Origin: an uncultured Nitrospinota bacterium
Lineage (GTDB): Bacteria; Tectomicrobia; Entotheonellia; J063; CAVPRW01
Length of the DNA stretch: 64,000 bases
Reading direction: 5' to 3'
Assembly (NCBI GenBank): GCA_963707985.1
Contig: CAVPRW010000017.1
Coordinates: forward strand, 256,001-320,000
Under the pieces are notes generated by a model. That model had not been told where the DNA came from. It made no database searches and saw only the letters and a program-made list of their open reading frames with translations. How positions within the stretch are numbered: the stretch's first letter is position 1; the number at the start of each line of letters is the position of its first letter. Below are positions 62,011 through 64,000 of this stretch, in pieces. The position numbers and the translations under genes are program-made.

Positions 62011-62460
62011 CTAGGAGAGTTCCTGAGAGTCCAGGATGATGGTCACGGGCCCACGGTTGACCAAAGCCACATCCATCAGTGTTTGAAAGGCCCCGACTTC
62101 CACCGGCACCCCCTGGCGTCGCGCCTCGGCAATGAAAGCCTCGTACAAGGGCATAGCCACCTCAGGGCGCGCCGCTTCCACGAACGAGGGCCGTCGTCCC
62201 TTGCGGCAATCCGCATAGAGTGTAAATTGAGAGATCACCAACATTTGCCCGCGAACTTCCAGCACCGAGCGATTCAACTTACCGTCTGTATCATCGAAAA
62301 TACGCAGATGCACGCTCTTGCGAGCGAGTTGAATGGCATCCTCGGGGGTGTCCATCTGTCCCACCCCCAACAGCACCAGGAGACCATGGTCAATGGCCCC
62401 CACCGTTTCTCCATGTACCGCCACTGATGCTCGTGCGACCCGCTGGACTACTGCACGCAT
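62011..62460 (-). CDS. dtd: D-aminoacyl-tRNA deacylase
   Basis: [24 protein letters not shown]. Confidence 0.95.
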   Translation of the reverse strand: MRAVVQRVARASVAVHGETVGAIDHGLLVLLGVGQMDTPEDAIQLARKSVHLRIFDDTDGKLNRSVLEVRGQMLVISQFTLYADCRKGRRPSFVEAARPEVAMPLYEAFIAEARRQGVPVEVGAFQTLMDVALVNRGPVTIILDSQELS

Positions 62461-62697
62461 GGCAGCTGGACTCCTGGGAATTCCGTTGAAGGCATGGTTT
62501 AGCCATTGAAAGTGTGCACTGCTTATAGCACAGACGCCCCTTCTTTCAAAGTGGATTTTTGAGGGTGAGGACGGTCGCCGTGAGAGCTGGTGATTGCAAT
62601 TCTTACCGAAATCAGTAGACTACGTCAGACTACTTCTCAGTCGGAGACCTTGGGCCAGAGGGATGACAGCATATCGCATCACGACAGGAGCGGGGAA

Positions 62698-63720
62698 ATG
62701 GCTACGTCTAGCATCGCACCCAGCCGATTGCGTCACTGGATCGCCGCATTTCTGCGGTCTGCTCAGGTGCCGGAGGAGGAGGCACAACTCATCGCCAGCG
62801 TGCGTCTCGAGGCTGCTCTACGTGACCCATTAGGTTTTGATGCTTTCGCCGCGCGTAGCCTTGGGCACGTCGTAGAGCGTATACGCACCGGCGGGCTGAA
62901 TCCGCACCCGACGATTCATGTCGTGCAGGAGGACGGACCACTGGCCCTCATGGACGGCGACGGAGGCATCGGGCAATTGGTAGGCGTCCGTGCCATGGAG
63001 CACTGCCTGCACCTTGCCGAGGTGCATGGATTGGCACTCGTGGGGGTGCGTCGGTCGTCATCGCTGGGCGCGATGTCGTATTATGCCATGATGGCTCTGT
63101 CGCGTGGGTACATCGGCTTCGCGGCGACCAACACGGAGTTGCGCATCGGCATGCCACCCTGGGGCGGGGTGACTCCAACCCTGGGGAACAACCCCTTTGC
63201 GGTGGCCATACCGGTGGCAGAGGGCGTTCCGATCGTCGTTGACATGTCTCTTACCGCGACGGAGCCTCAGGGAGAGCAGGCCGGCATGATGACGCATCGG
63301 CAGGCACTGCTCGGGGGTGGCAACGTCGCACGTGCCGTCATGGGGGGGCACAAGGGTTATGCGCTGGCGGTCGTCTTGGAGATTCTGTGCGGTGCGCTGA
63401 CCGGCGCCGGCTTTGGTCTGGCACATGCTCATGAACGCATCGGTTCGTTTGCGACACCGCCAGACTTAGGCCACCTATTTCTGACTGTGAATGTTAACCG
63501 TCTGATGCCGGTTCTGCTCTTTCAGGCGGGCGTAGCCAGACTCATCCAGCAGCTTGGAGCCTCGGAGTTGGCCACGGGTAGCGAGCGCATCTATCTGCCG
63601 GGCGAACTTGAATTCAGGCGTCGCGAGGCGCGACTCCAAGACGGCATTCCTCTACCAGAAGAGGCCATGACCACGTTGCAAACGATCGCCAAAGACCTTG
63701 GGCTGCCCCTTGAGATCTAA
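62698..63720 (+). CDS. Ldh_2 family NAD(P)-dependent oxidoreductase (ComC/AllD-like)
   Basis: DGDGGIGQ, LGNNPFA, GGHKGYAL, IYLPGE. Confidence 0.8.
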   Translation: MATSSIAPSRLRHWIAAFLRSAQVPEEEAQLIASVRLEAALRDPLGFDAFAARSLGHVVERIRTGGLNPHPTIHVVQEDGPLALMDGDGGIGQLVGVRAMEHCLHLAEVHGLALVGVRRSSSLGAMSYYAMMALSRGYIGFAATNTELRIGMPPWGGVTPTLGNNPFAVAIPVAEGVPIVVDMSLTATEPQGEQAGMMTHRQALLGGGNVARAVMGGHKGYALAVVLEILCGALTGAGFGLAHAHERIGSFATPPDLGHLFLTVNVNRLMPVLLFQAGVARLIQQLGASELATGSERIYLPGELEFRRREARLQDGIPLPEEAMTTLQTIAKDLGLPLEI

Positions 63721-63742
63721 ACCCAATTGCCGGGAGATGACT

Positions 63743-64000
63743 ATGGATACGTTCCAGTGTATCCGCACGCGGCGCACCACCCGCGCCTTCTTGCCGACAG
63801 ACGTCCCCCAACAAACCATCCAAAACATTCTGGAGGCAGGCCGTCTCACCCCTAGTGCGCGCAATTTGCAACCCTGGCATTTCGTTGCGATCCAGGACAG
63901 GAACATGCTGAAACAACTGAGCCTTTTGTGCACCAGTGGACGCTTCATCGAACAGGCGCGCTGTGCCGTCGCCGTGGTCACCGACCCTACCAACAACTGG
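63743..64000 (+). CDS. Nitroreductase family protein (runs off window)
   Basis: MDTFQCIRTRRTTRAF...ILEAGRLTPSARNLQPWHF. Confidence 0.85.
   Translation, partial: MDTFQCIRTRRTTRAFLPTDVPQQTIQNILEAGRLTPSARNLQPWHFVAIQDRNMLKQLSLLCTSGRFIEQARCAVAVVTDPTNNW

Noticed and set aside
1..64000. CRISPR arrays, rRNA, tRNA, transposase or integrase genes
   Set aside because: No regularly spaced repeats, recognisable structural RNA genes or recombinase ORFs were seen by eye.

Overview
GC-rich bacterial chromosome window. Gene content and style (Uma2 nucleases, many family-5 solute-binding proteins, REP-like hairpins) loosely suggest a Tectomicrobia/Entotheonella-like or deltaproteobacterial genome; this is an impression, not a search result. 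(1) 50-11932: a minus-strand tandem array of membrane-anchored winged-helix (ToxR/CadC-topology) regulators and near-identical porin-like beta-barrel genes, with a porin remnant, a GT-C-like membrane protein and two MITE-like inserts. (2) 13-42 kb: ordinary metabolism and transport (DUF1800/DUF1501/NHL, Uma2 x2, TerC, GlgA/GlgM, Dpp- and Liv-type ABC systems, acyl-CoA dehydrogenase, dGTPase, TetR, twin small secreted proteins, CBS-ACT, PyrD, amidohydrolase). (3) 42.7-62 kb, the highlight: hopanoid genes (shc, hpnG, hpnA, hpnD, Mla/HpnM-like transporter, CruF-like protein) are interleaved with an apparent 2-aminoethylphosphonate pathway (PepM-like enzyme fused to a nucleotidyltransferase, split phosphonopyruvate decarboxylase, AEP-type transaminase). 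A LicC-like cytidylyltransferase, a CDP-alcohol phosphotransferase and a flippase-like protein follow shc in the same gene run. This is a candidate pathway for a phosphonate-headgroup hopanoid or lipid, and its PepM-like enzyme lacks the canonical EDKx5NS motif. About ten frameshifts, mostly explained by one extra base, look like sequencing errors. All product calls come from motif recognition by eye; no database was searched.
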